The position numbers were made by a program, and so were the translations under genes. This document shows, piece by piece, positions 29,632-39,970 of a stretch of 64,000 nucleotides of DNA (its first letter is position 1; each line of letters opens with the position of its first letter). The DNA comes from Acidobacteriota bacterium (GTDB lineage: Bacteria > Acidobacteriota > UBA890 > WLXD01). Below the pieces are notes generated by a model that was not told where the DNA came from, did not search any database, and was given only the letters and a program-made list of their open reading frames with translations. The stretch covers positions 576,001-640,000 of the forward strand of contig CAXWPH010000015.1 of the NCBI GenBank assembly GCA_963666055.2. Reading direction: 5' to 3'.

Positions 29632-30774
29632 TCATGAGCCATAACCAGCGTCAGCGCGCACATCGCGGGCGATCATCCGGTCGGCTCGCTCCTTCGACGC
29701 CCGCGCATCCGCCTCCACCCGCTCTCGACCGAACGCTTCAGGCGCGATCCAGCCACTCAGGTGGCGCACTACCAAATCGGCCAGCGCGCGGATGTGCTCG
29801 GGCCGGTCGTTGAGGCATGGGATGAAGCGAAACCGCTCTCCGCCGTTTGCCTCGAACAACTCGCGGTTCTCCCCATCGATCTCCTCGAGCGTCTCGAGGC
29901 AGTCGGCCGAGAAGCCCGGGCAAACGACGTCGAGACTCTTGACACCGGAACGTGCCATGGCTCGCACCGTGACGTCGGTGGTTGGCTTGATCCACTCCTC
30001 GCGACCGAAGCGCGACTGAAAGGCGACCACATAGCGCTGTTCGCCGATGCCGAGCGCCTCGGCCACCAGCCGGCCTGTCTTGTGGCACTGGCAGTGGTAC
30101 GGATCGCCGTTGGACACGTAGCGGAGCGGTATGCCGTGAAACGAGAACAGGAGCCGCTCCGACTTGCCGTCGCGGTTCCACACCTCACGAATGGAGCTGA
30201 CGATCGCAGCGATATAGCCGGGATCGTCATGGTAGGCATTGATCGTCCGGATCTCCGGGACCCAGCGCCAGGCGCGCAGCTCGGCGAAGAGGGCGTCGAA
30301 AGTGGCACCCGTGGTAGTGCCCGAATACTGCGGGTACAGAGGCAGCACAGCGATATGGCGGCAGCCCTTGCGGCGTAGCTCGGCGACAGCGTCGGCGATC
30401 GAGGGCGTGCCGTAGCCCATGCCCAGAGCCACATGCAGGCCGCCACCAACCCCGGCGTTGAGTGTGTCCTGCAGCGCCGCCGCCTGACGGCGCGCAATCA
30501 CCAGCAACGGTGAGCCGTCGTCGGTCCAGATCTTGGAGTAGAGCGCCGCGGAGCGTCGGGGCCGCAGCGTTAGCACGAACATGTACAGGATCGGCAGCCA
30601 GCGCCAACGAGGCAGCTCGATGACCCGCGGGTCGCTGAGAAACTGGCGTAGATACGGCCTCAGCGCCTTGGCGGTGGGTGCTTCTGGCGTACCCACGTTG
30701 GCGAGCAAGACCCCTACTGTGGAGACCTCTCCGTGCTCGAACCCCGGCCGTGTGTACTGGTCGTAGTCGGTCAT
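29632..30774 (-). CDS. hemH: Ferrochelatase
   Basis: NVGTP, PLYPQYS, FSFHGIP and DCLETLEE. Confidence 0.95.
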   Translation of the reverse strand: MTDYDQYTRPGFEHGEVSTVGVLLANVGTPEAPTAKALRPYLRQFLSDPRVIELPRWRWLPILYMFVLTLRPRRSAALYSKIWTDDGSPLLVIARRQAAALQDTLNAGVGGGLHVALGMGYGTPSIADAVAELRRKGCRHIAVLPLYPQYSGTTTGATFDALFAELRAWRWVPEIRTINAYHDDPGYIAAIVSSIREVWNRDGKSERLLFSFHGIPLRYVSNGDPYHCQCHKTGRLVAEALGIGEQRYVVAFQSRFGREEWIKPTTDVTVRAMARSGVKSLDVVCPGFSADCLETLEEIDGENRELFEANGGERFRFIPCLNDRPEHIRALADLVVRHLSGWIAPEAFGRERVEADARASKERADRMIARDVRADAGYGS

Positions 30775-30790
30775 GGGCGAATTTCGCGTC

Positions 30791-31765
30791 TCAGCTAGCT
30801 GGCCGGGGTGGAAGTGTGATGGGTCGGGTTACGCCGCATTCGCCGTCGGCTTCCGACAGCCAGTCTCGCGGGCGCAGGAAATGCTCGTAGAGTCGTGCTT
30901 CCGGCGTACCGGCCTCCGGCTGCCAGTCATAGCGCCAGCTGGCCTGCGGCGGCAGCGACGCGAGAATGGACTCCACCCGACCTCCCGCTTGCAGCCCGAA
31001 GCGTGTGCCACGGTCGTACACTAGATTGAACTCGACGTAGCGCCCACGGCGATAGAGCTGAAAGGCGCGTTCGCGCTCACCGTACGCGGTGTCCTTCCGC
31101 CTCGTCAGGATGGGGCGATACGCGGGGAGGAAATGATCGCCGACGCTACGCAGAAAGGCGAAACAGCGCTCGAACCCTCCTTCGTCCAAATCATCGAAGA
31201 ACAAGCCGCCGATTCCACGCGGTTCCTGCCGGTGCGGCAAGAAGAAGTACTCGTCGCATGCGGCCTTGTACTCCGCATGGACGTGCTCGCCGAAGCTCCG
31301 ACACGCCTCGTACGCGGTGCGATGCCAGTGCACCGCGTCTTCCTCGAAGCCGTAGTACGGCGTCAGATCGAAGCCGCCGCCGAACCACCAGGTGGTGTCG
31401 CCGCCATTGCCATCGGTGACGAAGCAACGCAGGTTGCAGTGCGAAGTCGGTGCGTAAGGGTTCAGCGGGTGGACGATAAGCGACAACGACACCGCCTGAA
31501 AGCTCTGGCCGGCGAGCTCGGGTCGGCGCACGGTCGCAGCTTCCGGCATTCGCGCCCCCACCGTGTGCGAGAAGTTCACCGCTGCTCGCTCGAGCACGGC
31601 CCCGTCACTGAGCACCCGCGGTCGCGCCGAGCCGCCACCCTCACGATCGAGGGTCAGAGATTGAAACCGCGCTACCCCATCTTCTTGCTCCAGGGCAGCG
31701 CAGATCTGATCCTGGAGATCGAGAAGGTATCCGCGCACGGCGTCAGCGCCCAGATCAGACATCAT
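30791..31765 (-). CDS. hemF: Oxygen-dependent coproporphyrinogen III oxidase
   Basis: [21 protein letters not shown] and [16 protein letters not shown]. Confidence 0.96.
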   Translation of the reverse strand: MMSDLGADAVRGYLLDLQDQICAALEQEDGVARFQSLTLDREGGGSARPRVLSDGAVLERAAVNFSHTVGARMPEAATVRRPELAGQSFQAVSLSLIVHPLNPYAPTSHCNLRCFVTDGNGGDTTWWFGGGFDLTPYYGFEEDAVHWHRTAYEACRSFGEHVHAEYKAACDEYFFLPHRQEPRGIGGLFFDDLDEGGFERCFAFLRSVGDHFLPAYRPILTRRKDTAYGERERAFQLYRRGRYVEFNLVYDRGTRFGLQAGGRVESILASLPPQASWRYDWQPEAGTPEARLYEHFLRPRDWLSEADGECGVTRPITLPPRPAS

Positions 31766-31816
31766 CGGAGCACAGTGTAGCTGCCGGTGGCAGGGAGCAA
31801 CTTCGGCCGGCTCGCC

Positions 31817-33111
31817 TCAATGGATCAGGAAGATCTCCTCGTTCAGTGGCTGAATAAACTCGACGCCTCTACTGGTGACCAGCTGCGGGTTCGAGATGTT
31901 GAAGGCGAGTGGGTAGCCGGGACGCTCGTCGATGTTCATGTGGACCATGTACTCGAACGCGAAGAGGTGATTTTCCTGGATCTTCAGATGGTGGGTGTTC
32001 GAGCGAAAGGCAGCCATCGAGGGACCCAGGTCGCCGTAGTGCCGAAGGCGTGGTTGTCGATCGAGAAGCCGGGCTGGTCGGTGTTGGCCAGAGCCTGCTG
32101 AATCATCTTGTAGTCTTGTGTGCCGATGTCGCGGAAGGGCGTGTACATATAGCCGGCGGCCTCCATCGCAGCGACCATCGCGTCGAGCGACTGCTTGGCG
32201 GTCATGCCGACTTTCATGTGGTCGCGCATGATCCACTGGCCGGCAATCGCCTTATCGAAAACCTCCTGTAGGAAATCTGGGACCTGGGTCTCGCCCTCAC
32301 GCAGGATGTAGGCGTGGATCTTGGTGTCGACGCCGAAGCCCATGTAGTCGCCGCCGGGGCCACCGCTGCCGCCGACAAACAGGTCACCCGGCTGCAGGAC
32401 GTACTCGGGGTTGTGGATAAACCAGCGGACGTCAGGTGGCGAGTTGTCGACCGTCATGTCGGGAGTGTTGACCACCGAGTAGTAAACCCGGGCGTTGATG
32501 TCGGCGATGGTCGTCACTCCTGGAACGACCTCGGATAGTCGTTCCTTGGCGCGCTGCCGAGCGAGTGCCAGGACCTCGACCTGCGCGGCGATCTCGCGGA
32601 CGGTACGGCGGACGATGAAGTCGCGGATGAGGTTCTCGGCCGAGACGATGCGGGCGCTGTACTCAGGCCCGAGGATACGCTCGAGCTTGAGGTACTCGGA
32701 GTGTGAGATACCGTCGGCGACGGGCTCCATCTCGGAGGTGTTGACCGCGATGGTTTGCGGGTCGCGTTGCTCGACAAAACGGGTGATCTCGTCGTAGACG
32801 CCGGGCTTGTGATCGTAGCCGGAGATCGCCAGGCCGAGCTCGAGGGAGCCGCGCACGTCGATCTTCTCGACCGCGCCGCCGCGCCCGAACTGCAGCGCCA
32901 TCGGATCCGGAGCACCGGAACGGGTGACGTGAATCCACATGTCGACGCCGTTGTCGCGCATAGCTCCCGGCAAGATGAGGTCGAGCTTGTCGTTGCGCAT
33001 CAGGCGGAGCGCTTCGGCGTCGGTATCTGCGATCCGCGCCGGCAGCTGCGCGTTGGCGGTGGGTACGACGATCGATGCAGCAATCACGAACAGCAACAGA
33101 CGGGATTTCAT
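31817..33111 (-). pseudogene. Secreted M24/Xaa-Pro aminopeptidase-like protein, frameshifted near 32039
   Basis: ORF 31984-33111 continues in the frame of 31817-32236 (GPSMAAFR...FAFEYMVH); possible extra internal deletion near the N-terminus. Confidence 0.6.
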
Positions 33112-33151
33112 TTGCTCCTCTCTGAGTTTCCAGCTCTCGGCCCGGGCGCGA

Positions 33152-33194
33152 CGTAACCCTCCGCGCCCACCACACTTCCACCTCGGCCTGCTAG
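33152..33194 (-). repeat. Internally deleted family A element (linker + TIR + CTAG)
   Basis: cgtaaccctccg (linker; compare 46-57) joined to cccaccacacttccacctcggcctg-ctag; the CTAG contains the Rieske gene stop. Confidence 0.8.
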
Positions 33195-34401
33195 GCCATC
33201 TGTCCCAGGTACCAGCGGATGAAGTCGTTCGTCCACCCTTCGAGGGCCGAATACGGTCCCGGCTGGTAGCGGCGCGAGGCCACACCGCGGCTGTTGGTCT
33301 CGATGATCACGGCGTCCTGCTGCGTCGTGACATCCCACATCCACTTGAGGCGGTCGACGTCGTAGTCCACTCCCTCCTCGGCATCCTCGTGGACGAGCCA
33401 AATCAAACATACCTCGGTGAGATCCGGGTTAATCGGCGAGAACCGAAACATCGTCGCGTAGTCGTTCGGGGCCACGACGAAGCCGAAGTAACCGAACCCC
33501 ATGCTGGTGACGCCGCCATCGTACACGGTGAACTCACCCATGAGCGGCGCCACCGGCCGGCCGTCTTCCGAGCAGCTCTGGAAGCCCTCCCGGATGGGAT
33601 CTCGATAGGCAGCGAAACGCGGCATACCGTTGGCACCATCCGCCCGGATCGCCTCGGTGAGATAGCCGAGCGCCTCGGCCCTTTCGGTCCATTGCTGGCG
33701 GAGCCCACCGAAGGCGCGCGCGGTGTTGGAGTCGGGGGCTCCTCGGCACGTACGTAGGCATTGACCGAGGTGTACTGCGGGTGGCTACTGGTGCAGTGGT
33801 AGCACTCCAGGAAGTTCTCCAGGGTGAGCTTCCAGTTGCCGTGCGTCGGGTAGCGGGCGACGTGGGCGACCTTGCTGCGCGCCGTGCCGTGCAGGCGCAG
33901 GTAGGGGGTCATCGCCTCGAGCGCAGTGTCGAGGTCAGGCGCCGCGTCGCTCAGGCAGACGAAGATCAGGCCTTCCGACACACGCACCTGACAGCGGTGC
34001 AACCCGAACTCCGAGGCGTCGAGGTCGGGGCTGATGTGCCGCCAGGCGACCAGCTCACCGTTCAGGTCGTACGCCCAAGCGTGGTAGTTGCAGACGAGGC
34101 GCTTGTGGTTGCCGCTGGCCTGCTGGCAGATTCGGGAGCCGCGATGCCGGCAGACGTTGAAGAACGCGTTCACCGCGCCCTCCTCGCTTCGAATCACGAT
34201 GATGGATTCGCCGGCGATCTCGAACAGGAGGTAATCTCCGACCTCGGGGATTCGGGAAACGTGATCGACCAGGAGCCATTGGCGCATGAACACACGGTCC
34301 ATCTCGCGCTCGAAGATCTCGGGATCGCGATAGAACGGTTGCTCCAGCGAGAACCCGGGACGCTGTCTTTCAATCAGCTCGGAAAGACTGGGGCGCTCCA
34401 A
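33191..34401 (-). pseudogene. Rieske non-heme iron oxygenase alpha subunit (GbcA/Stc2-like), frameshifted near 33736
   Basis: CRH..CNYH, ENFLECYHC; C-terminus (TTQQD) in another frame; shift lies in a C5 run so it may be a sequencing error. Confidence 0.8.
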
Positions 34402-34405
34402 GGGG

Positions 34406-35176
34406 TCAATCCTCTCCGGCTAGCTCGAGCAGAGCGCTGCTGATACCTGCAGTGGTGCCACCGTCGACGGCAATGGCCTGCCCGGTGATATAGCCACAGT
34501 CTCCGGCACACAGAAAGTGGATCGCGGCGGCGATCTCTTCCGGCTTGGCGAGCCGGCCGAGCGGCGCCGTGCGGTAGGCGGCCCGAACAATGTAGGCTAC
34601 ATCCTCCTCGTGCGCCAACGGTGTGTCGACGACGCCGGGACACACGCAGTTGACTCGAATGCCCCTGGGGGCGAGCTCGATCGCAGCGGTCTTGGTCAAT
34701 CCGACCAGGGCCCACTTGGCGGCAGCGTAGGCACCGAGATCGGGGACACCGCGAAGACCCGCGATCGAGGAGGTGTTTACGATCGCTCCACCCTCCTTCA
34801 TCCGCACCGCCGCGTAGCGCATGCCGAGTAGCGCGGTGACCGTGTTGAGTCGGAAGTCATACTCCAGCGCCTCGGTTGTCAAGCTCTCCAGCCCCGCAGG
34901 CGGGGTTCCGCCACCGACGTTGTTCACCATGATATCGAGCCGTTCGTAGCGCTTGAACATGGTATCGATCAACTCGGCAACATCCTGTTCCTGGGTGAGG
35001 TCGGCGCGCACGAACAGCCCCTCGACACGAGCCGCTACCTCGGCTCCATCCTGGATGTCGGCGATCACCACGTCGGCGCCGGCAGCGGCGAGCCTCTCGA
35101 CCGTGGCGAGCCCGATGCCCGAGGCCCCACCGGTGACCACCGCGACCTTGCCGTCTAGATCGAACATCTGCCTCAT
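34406..35176 (-). CDS. SDR family oxidoreductase
   Basis: TGGASGIG, NNVG, YAAAK and GIRVNCVCPG. Confidence 0.93.
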   Translation of the reverse strand: MRQMFDLDGKVAVVTGGASGIGLATVERLAAAGADVVIADIQDGAEVAARVEGLFVRADLTQEQDVAELIDTMFKRYERLDIMVNNVGGGTPPAGLESLTTEALEYDFRLNTVTALLGMRYAAVRMKEGGAIVNTSSIAGLRGVPDLGAYAAAKWALVGLTKTAAIELAPRGIRVNCVCPGVVDTPLAHEEDVAYIVRAAYRTAPLGRLAKPEEIAAAIHFLCAGDCGYITGQAIAVDGGTTAGISSALLELAGED

Positions 35177-36390
35177 CTCATCTGTCGGAGGTACCAGTCG
35201 ACGAACTGCCGCGTGAAGCTCTCGAGCACCGAATAGGGTCCCGGAGAGTACCGAATCGACTCCAGGCCGCGTTGGTTGTTCTCGATGAGAACCTGGTCCT
35301 GGCGCGTGGTTACATCCCACATCCAGCACATGCGCTCGGTGTCCAGATCCTCACCCTCGCGTGCTTCGCGGTCCACGAGCCAAGTGAGGGTCATGTTCGT
35401 CGTGCTCACGTCCTGCGGCTCAAAACTGATCAGGCAGGCGTAGTCGTTGGCAGCGCTCAGCGAGAAGAACGGGCCCACGTGGACCACCGTCTCGCCGCCG
35501 TCAAAGGCGCTGAGCTCACCCATCAGCGGCGCGGCTGGGCGGCCATCCTCGGTGAGCGAATCGAAACCCGTCTGGATCACCTGCCGATACGCCAGATGAA
35601 ACTGGTCGGGCAGCTCGGGCGGCAGCACGGCGCAGTCGACACGGTGCCCCATGGCCTCGGTGCGTTGCCGCCACGCGGCGTCCATCTCCTCGAAGACGCG
35701 CACCTGTTCAGGACGCCCATCGCCAACAGCCCGCACGTAGGCATTGACCTGTCTGTACTCAGGATGAGCAGAGGGGCAGTGGTAGCACTCGTTGAAGTTC
35801 TCAATGACCAGCTTCCAGTTGGCCTCGACCGGATAGTTGCGCCGCGCCGCGACCCTCGCCGAGTCGAAGCGGTGCGGCCTCGTCACCGCCGCAACCTCGG
35901 CGCCAATGGCAGCAAAATCCACCGATGGATCTTCGTCGAGATTCAGAAAGATCAGACCCTCGGCCACCCCCACGTGACACTTGTAGAGACCGTAGTCGGC
36001 TCGCTCGAAGTCGTCGGGCATCTGTCGTGCGGCATTCAACGCGCCGTCCAGCCCGTAGGCCCAGGCATGGTAGGGACAGACGAACGACGCGACCGTGCCG
36101 CTCGCCTCGAGGCAGATGCGCGAGCCGCGGTGACGACACACGTTGAAGAAGGCGCGCACCGCACCGTCGTTGTCCCGGCAGACGATGACGGACTCTCCGC
36201 CGATCCGATGAAGAAAGTAGTCGCCGGGCTCCGGGATCAACGATACGTGGCCAGCGAACAACCACTGGCGCGCGAATATCCGCTGGCGTTCTCGCTCGAA
36301 GATCGCCGGGTCGCCGTAGAACTCGCGCGCCAACGCGAATCCGTCACGTTGGCGCGCCCTCAACAGTCGAAACGCGGCGTCGTCAAGCAT
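35173..36390 (-). CDS. Rieske non-heme iron oxygenase alpha subunit (GbcA/Stc2-like)
   Basis: CRH..CPYH, ENFNECYHC...H and TTRQD. Confidence 0.9.
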   Translation of the reverse strand: MLDDAAFRLLRARQRDGFALAREFYGDPAIFERERQRIFARQWLFAGHVSLIPEPGDYFLHRIGGESVIVCRDNDGAVRAFFNVCRHRGSRICLEASGTVASFVCPYHAWAYGLDGALNAARQMPDDFERADYGLYKCHVGVAEGLIFLNLDEDPSVDFAAIGAEVAAVTRPHRFDSARVAARRNYPVEANWKLVIENFNECYHCPSAHPEYRQVNAYVRAVGDGRPEQVRVFEEMDAAWRQRTEAMGHRVDCAVLPPELPDQFHLAYRQVIQTGFDSLTEDGRPAAPLMGELSAFDGGETVVHVGPFFSLSAANDYACLISFEPQDVSTTNMTLTWLVDREAREGEDLDTERMCWMWDVTTRQDQVLIENNQRGLESIRYSPGPYSVLESFTRQFVDWYLRQMR

Positions 36391-36442
36391 GCGGTTGATC
36401 GCGGTCGGTCGGCTGGGGAGGCCTTGACGGCCTGATCGAGCC

Positions 36443-38155
36443 TCAGTCCTCCGAACCGGTATAGACCTCCCCAAACACCTCCGTCCCGGGCGGGTGGAGG
36501 TTCATCTCCCTATCAGTCTTCACACAAACAAGCGCCGCGCCCTCATGTTGTCGCGCCCGCTCGAGCGCCGGGACTAGTTGATCGGCCTGCTCGACATACT
36601 CTCCGTGACACCCCATGCCCTCGGCGATCACGTCCCATCGAGTCGGGCTCATGTAGGTGCTACGATACCGATCCTCCGGCACGTCGGCCTCCAGGTGCAG
36701 CATCTCTTCCATCGACCACGATCCCTCGGCGTTGACCACCACGGTAATTTTCACCCGATCGCGAACCGCAGTCTCGAGCTCCATGATGTTGAATCCGGCG
36801 GCACCGTCGCCGGTGCTACACACGACGTCGCGCTCCGGGTTCGCCAGCTTTGCGCCGATAGCATGGGGAATGCCGGTGCCGAGGTGTCCGAACTCGTAGT
36901 TGCCCACCTGCGTTCGCGGGGTCGAGAAGTCGCGCAGGGCGCGGTTGAACATGCCGGTGTTGCCACCATCGGCGACGTTAATGGCGTCGGTCGGGAACAC
37001 TGACTGCATCGCCAGAATCACCTGTGCCGGATGCACCCGGTCCGCCGCGAAGGAGGCCTCGATGTCACCCATCATTGCCTGCGCGGCGGAATCGCTCATG
37101 GCGCGGAAACGCGCTGCTTCCGAACCGTCCGAGGCGGCAATCCCGGCTTCCTTCACCGCCGCGAGCAGTCTACGCAACGCCGCGCCGGCGTCCGCAACGA
37201 CGCCGCGATGTAGACGCCTATGCAGTCCGATATTTCGCGGGTCGATGTCCACCTGAACGAGCTTCTGGTCGGCGCCGCCCCAGTACTTGTCGAAGGGAAG
37301 ATCGACCTCGCCCAGACACGTCCCGAAGGCGATCACGAGATCCGCCTCCCGCCGGGCGGCCCAGTGGCCTTCGGACCCCGGGCGCAGATGGTTCGGGTGG
37401 TCGTCGGGGAGTGCAGTGTGGCCGTGACCGCTAGTCAGCGCCGGGCAATCGAGCAGCTCCACCAGCTCACGGAACTCGCCCCACCCCTCCGAATTGAGCA
37501 CCCCCACGCCGGCCATGAGTACCGGGCACTTGGCGTCGCGAATGAGATCCACGAGATGTGCGGTCTCGGACAACGTCGGCTCCGCCGGCACGGTGGACCG
37601 GTACTGGGCCGGGTCGAGCACCTCGACGCTGCCGTCGTCGCCAGTGGCGTTCATGATCGTGTCGGTCATGTCGATATGTACCGGGCCCGGTCGCCCGGCC
37701 AGCGCCTCGCGGAAGGCACGCGAGACGATCTCGGGAATTCGCTCCCACTGGTGCACCACGGCGTTCCACTTGGTCACCGGCCGGAACATCTCCTGCTGAT
37801 CCATCGCCTGGAAGATGCCGGGCTTGCTCGGGTAGACGACCTCGGCGCGGCGCTGCGCCGTCACCACGAGCATGGGCACGCCTTCCGCCAGAGCACAGAT
37901 CACACCGGAGAGCACGTTGGCAGTGCCGGGCCCGCCGCCGGCCAGCACCAGGCTCATCGCTCCGGAAGTCTTGAAGATCCCCTGAGCAATATGCGCTGCC
38001 GCCGCTTCGTGCCGCGGCGCGACGTGCCGAAACCCATAGTCGGCGCAATGGTGCTGGATGGTGTGGTAACCCTCGTCGGTGATGCCGATGACGAACTCGA
38101 TACCCTCGCGCTGCACACAGCGCAAGAGCAGCTCGCCGCCCGTGATCTCTGCCAT
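36443..38155 (-). CDS. Thiamine diphosphate-dependent enzyme (acetolactate synthase/lyase-like)
   Basis: RHEAAAAH, GPGTAN, GRPGPVHI and GDGAAGF motifs. Confidence 0.9.
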   Translation of the reverse strand: MAEITGGELLLRCVQREGIEFVIGITDEGYHTIQHHCADYGFRHVAPRHEAAAAHIAQGIFKTSGAMSLVLAGGGPGTANVLSGVICALAEGVPMLVVTAQRRAEVVYPSKPGIFQAMDQQEMFRPVTKWNAVVHQWERIPEIVSRAFREALAGRPGPVHIDMTDTIMNATGDDGSVEVLDPAQYRSTVPAEPTLSETAHLVDLIRDAKCPVLMAGVGVLNSEGWGEFRELVELLDCPALTSGHGHTALPDDHPNHLRPGSEGHWAARREADLVIAFGTCLGEVDLPFDKYWGGADQKLVQVDIDPRNIGLHRRLHRGVVADAGAALRRLLAAVKEAGIAASDGSEAARFRAMSDSAAQAMMGDIEASFAADRVHPAQVILAMQSVFPTDAINVADGGNTGMFNRALRDFSTPRTQVGNYEFGHLGTGIPHAIGAKLANPERDVVCSTGDGAAGFNIMELETAVRDRVKITVVVNAEGSWSMEEMLHLEADVPEDRYRSTYMSPTRWDVIAEGMGCHGEYVEQADQLVPALERARQHEGAALVCVKTDREMNLHPPGTEVFGEVYTGSED

Positions 38156-38170
38156 GGTCTCTCCCTGACT

Positions 38171-38445
38171 AGTGTCCTGTAACACAGGTTCGTTGCGTAT
38201 TGCTGGGTCGAGATGGGGGCAAGCTCAAGGCGCGATGAGAATGACGATGCCACGCCCATCGTCGACGAATCGCAACGCTGAGATTGCCCCCATATCGACC
38301 CAGCCCTCCGGGTGGCCACGGGACTGGCCACCTCCGGCGTCGGCCCTCCTCTACGATACGCTCAGCATCGCCGTCGTCGAGCCTCCTTGGATTCGACTCA
38401 GTCGCGTGCGCCACAATATGCAACGAACCTGTGTTACAGGGCACT
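38171..38445. mobile_element. Family B MITE-like element
   Basis: 32-bp TIR agtgtcctgtaacacaggttcgttgcgtattg / caatatgcaacgaacctgtgttacagggcact (30/32); left end at CTAG 38169-38172; two internal hairpin arms. Confidence 0.88.
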
Positions 38446-38542
38446 GTATGGTGCGCGGCATTCTCCCTGCCCGAGGGCGTGCCGCACAACCCTTGCAGCG
38501 ACTGAGTGCGACAGTCCAAGCCCGAGAGGTTCAACAATCGTG

Positions 38543-39970
38543 ATGCCCGAGCCCGCGCCACTCACCACGTCTTCTCGCGTGTACTACGCGTCCGGGGGCA
38601 TGGCGACCGGCATCATCAACAACGGCTTCAGCAGCTTTGTGCTGCTCTATTACAGCAACGTTCTGGGCGTCCCCGCCGCTATGGTCGGCAGCGCGCTGGC
38701 CATCGCGCTGGCGTTCGACGCCGTTTCGGATCCCGTCGTCGGCTACTTCTCCGACAACCTGCGCTCGCGCTGGGGCCGCAGACACCCGCTCATCTACTTC
38801 TCGATCCTTCCCGTCACCGTGCTGTTCTACCTGCTCTGGCATCCCCCGCTAGAATCGCCGAGCTCGGACACACTGTTCTGGTATCTGCTGTCTGTCACCA
38901 TCCCCTTGCGGCTCCTGATGACGTTCTACGAGGTGCCCAGCAACGCCCTCGTGCCCGAGCTCACGCCCGACTACGACACGCGTACGCGGCTGCTCAACTC
39001 CCGATGGTCGGTGTATTTCTTCAGCGCCAACGCGATCGCCGTGGCGATGTACGCGTACTGGCTGCGGAATACCGACGAGCACCCCACCGGCTTGCTGAAC
39101 GTCGCCGGCTACCAGGACATGGGCCTGGTGGGGGCGGCGATCATCTTCGCCGCCATGCTCGTGTCGTCGGTCGGCCTGCACCGCTTTATTCCCTTTCTGA
39201 GGTCGCCGCCGCCCAGACGGCGGCGTTCCCCGCGCGCCATCTACCGCGAGATGTACGAGACCTTTGCCGATTGGTCGCTCCTCGCTCTGCTGGCTGCAGG
39301 CACCTTCTACGCCGCCGCTAACGGCACGATCAACGCGCTCTGGGCCTACCTCTACAGCTACTTCTGGGGGCTGTCATCGGTGCAGATGTCGTTCCTGCTG
39401 CTGGCGTACGTAGCTGCCTCACCAGTCGCCTTCGCACTCGTACAGCGACTCTCGCGCAACCGTGACAAGCGCACGGTCGCGCTTGGCGTTGCCGCCGCCA
39501 GCGTGGTGGTTACCTCGGGACCGGTGATGCTGCGTGTGCTCGGCGTGTTTCCTGGCAACGACAGTTCCTGGCTGTACCCGATTCTGGTCGTGCATGGACT
39601 CGTGGAGATGGCGCTCTACGTGATGTTCACCACCATGCTCGCCTCGATGATGGCTGATCTGGTGGAGAAACGGCAGCTGGTCACCGAGGCCCGGCAGGAG
39701 GGGTTGCTTTTCTCCGCACAAACCTTCGTGATCAAGATCACCTCCGGAATCGGGGCGTGGGTCGCGGGGATCGTGCTCTCGGTCGTCGACTTCCCGTCCA
39801 ACGCTCAGGCGGGCGATATTCCCGCCGATACGATCTTCGGGCTCGGGCTGCTGTATGCACCGACGATGATGGTGCTGTTTGGCATCTCCACGTACGCCCT
39901 GACGCGCTTCAAGGACACGCGGGCAGACCACGACGAGCACCTGCAAAGGTTGGAAAACGCGGCGACCTAG
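38543..39970 (+). CDS. MFS glycoside-pentoside-hexuronide (GPH) family transporter
   Basis: DAVSDPVVGYFSD..RSRWGRRHP, ELTPDYDTRT and RQEG. Confidence 0.9.
   Translation: MPEPAPLTTSSRVYYASGGMATGIINNGFSSFVLLYYSNVLGVPAAMVGSALAIALAFDAVSDPVVGYFSDNLRSRWGRRHPLIYFSILPVTVLFYLLWHPPLESPSSDTLFWYLLSVTIPLRLLMTFYEVPSNALVPELTPDYDTRTRLLNSRWSVYFFSANAIAVAMYAYWLRNTDEHPTGLLNVAGYQDMGLVGAAIIFAAMLVSSVGLHRFIPFLRSPPPRRRRSPRAIYREMYETFADWSLLALLAAGTFYAAANGTINALWAYLYSYFWGLSSVQMSFLLLAYVAASPVAFALVQRLSRNRDKRTVALGVAAASVVVTSGPVMLRVLGVFPGNDSSWLYPILVVHGLVEMALYVMFTTMLASMMADLVEKRQLVTEARQEGLLFSAQTFVIKITSGIGAWVAGIVLSVVDFPSNAQAGDIPADTIFGLGLLYAPTMMVLFGISTYALTRFKDTRADHDEHLQRLENAAT

Noticed and set aside
33730-33740. Programmed frameshifting in Rieske, M24 or SBP genes
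   Set aside because: No canonical slippery heptamer with a stimulatory structure; mutation or sequencing indel is simpler
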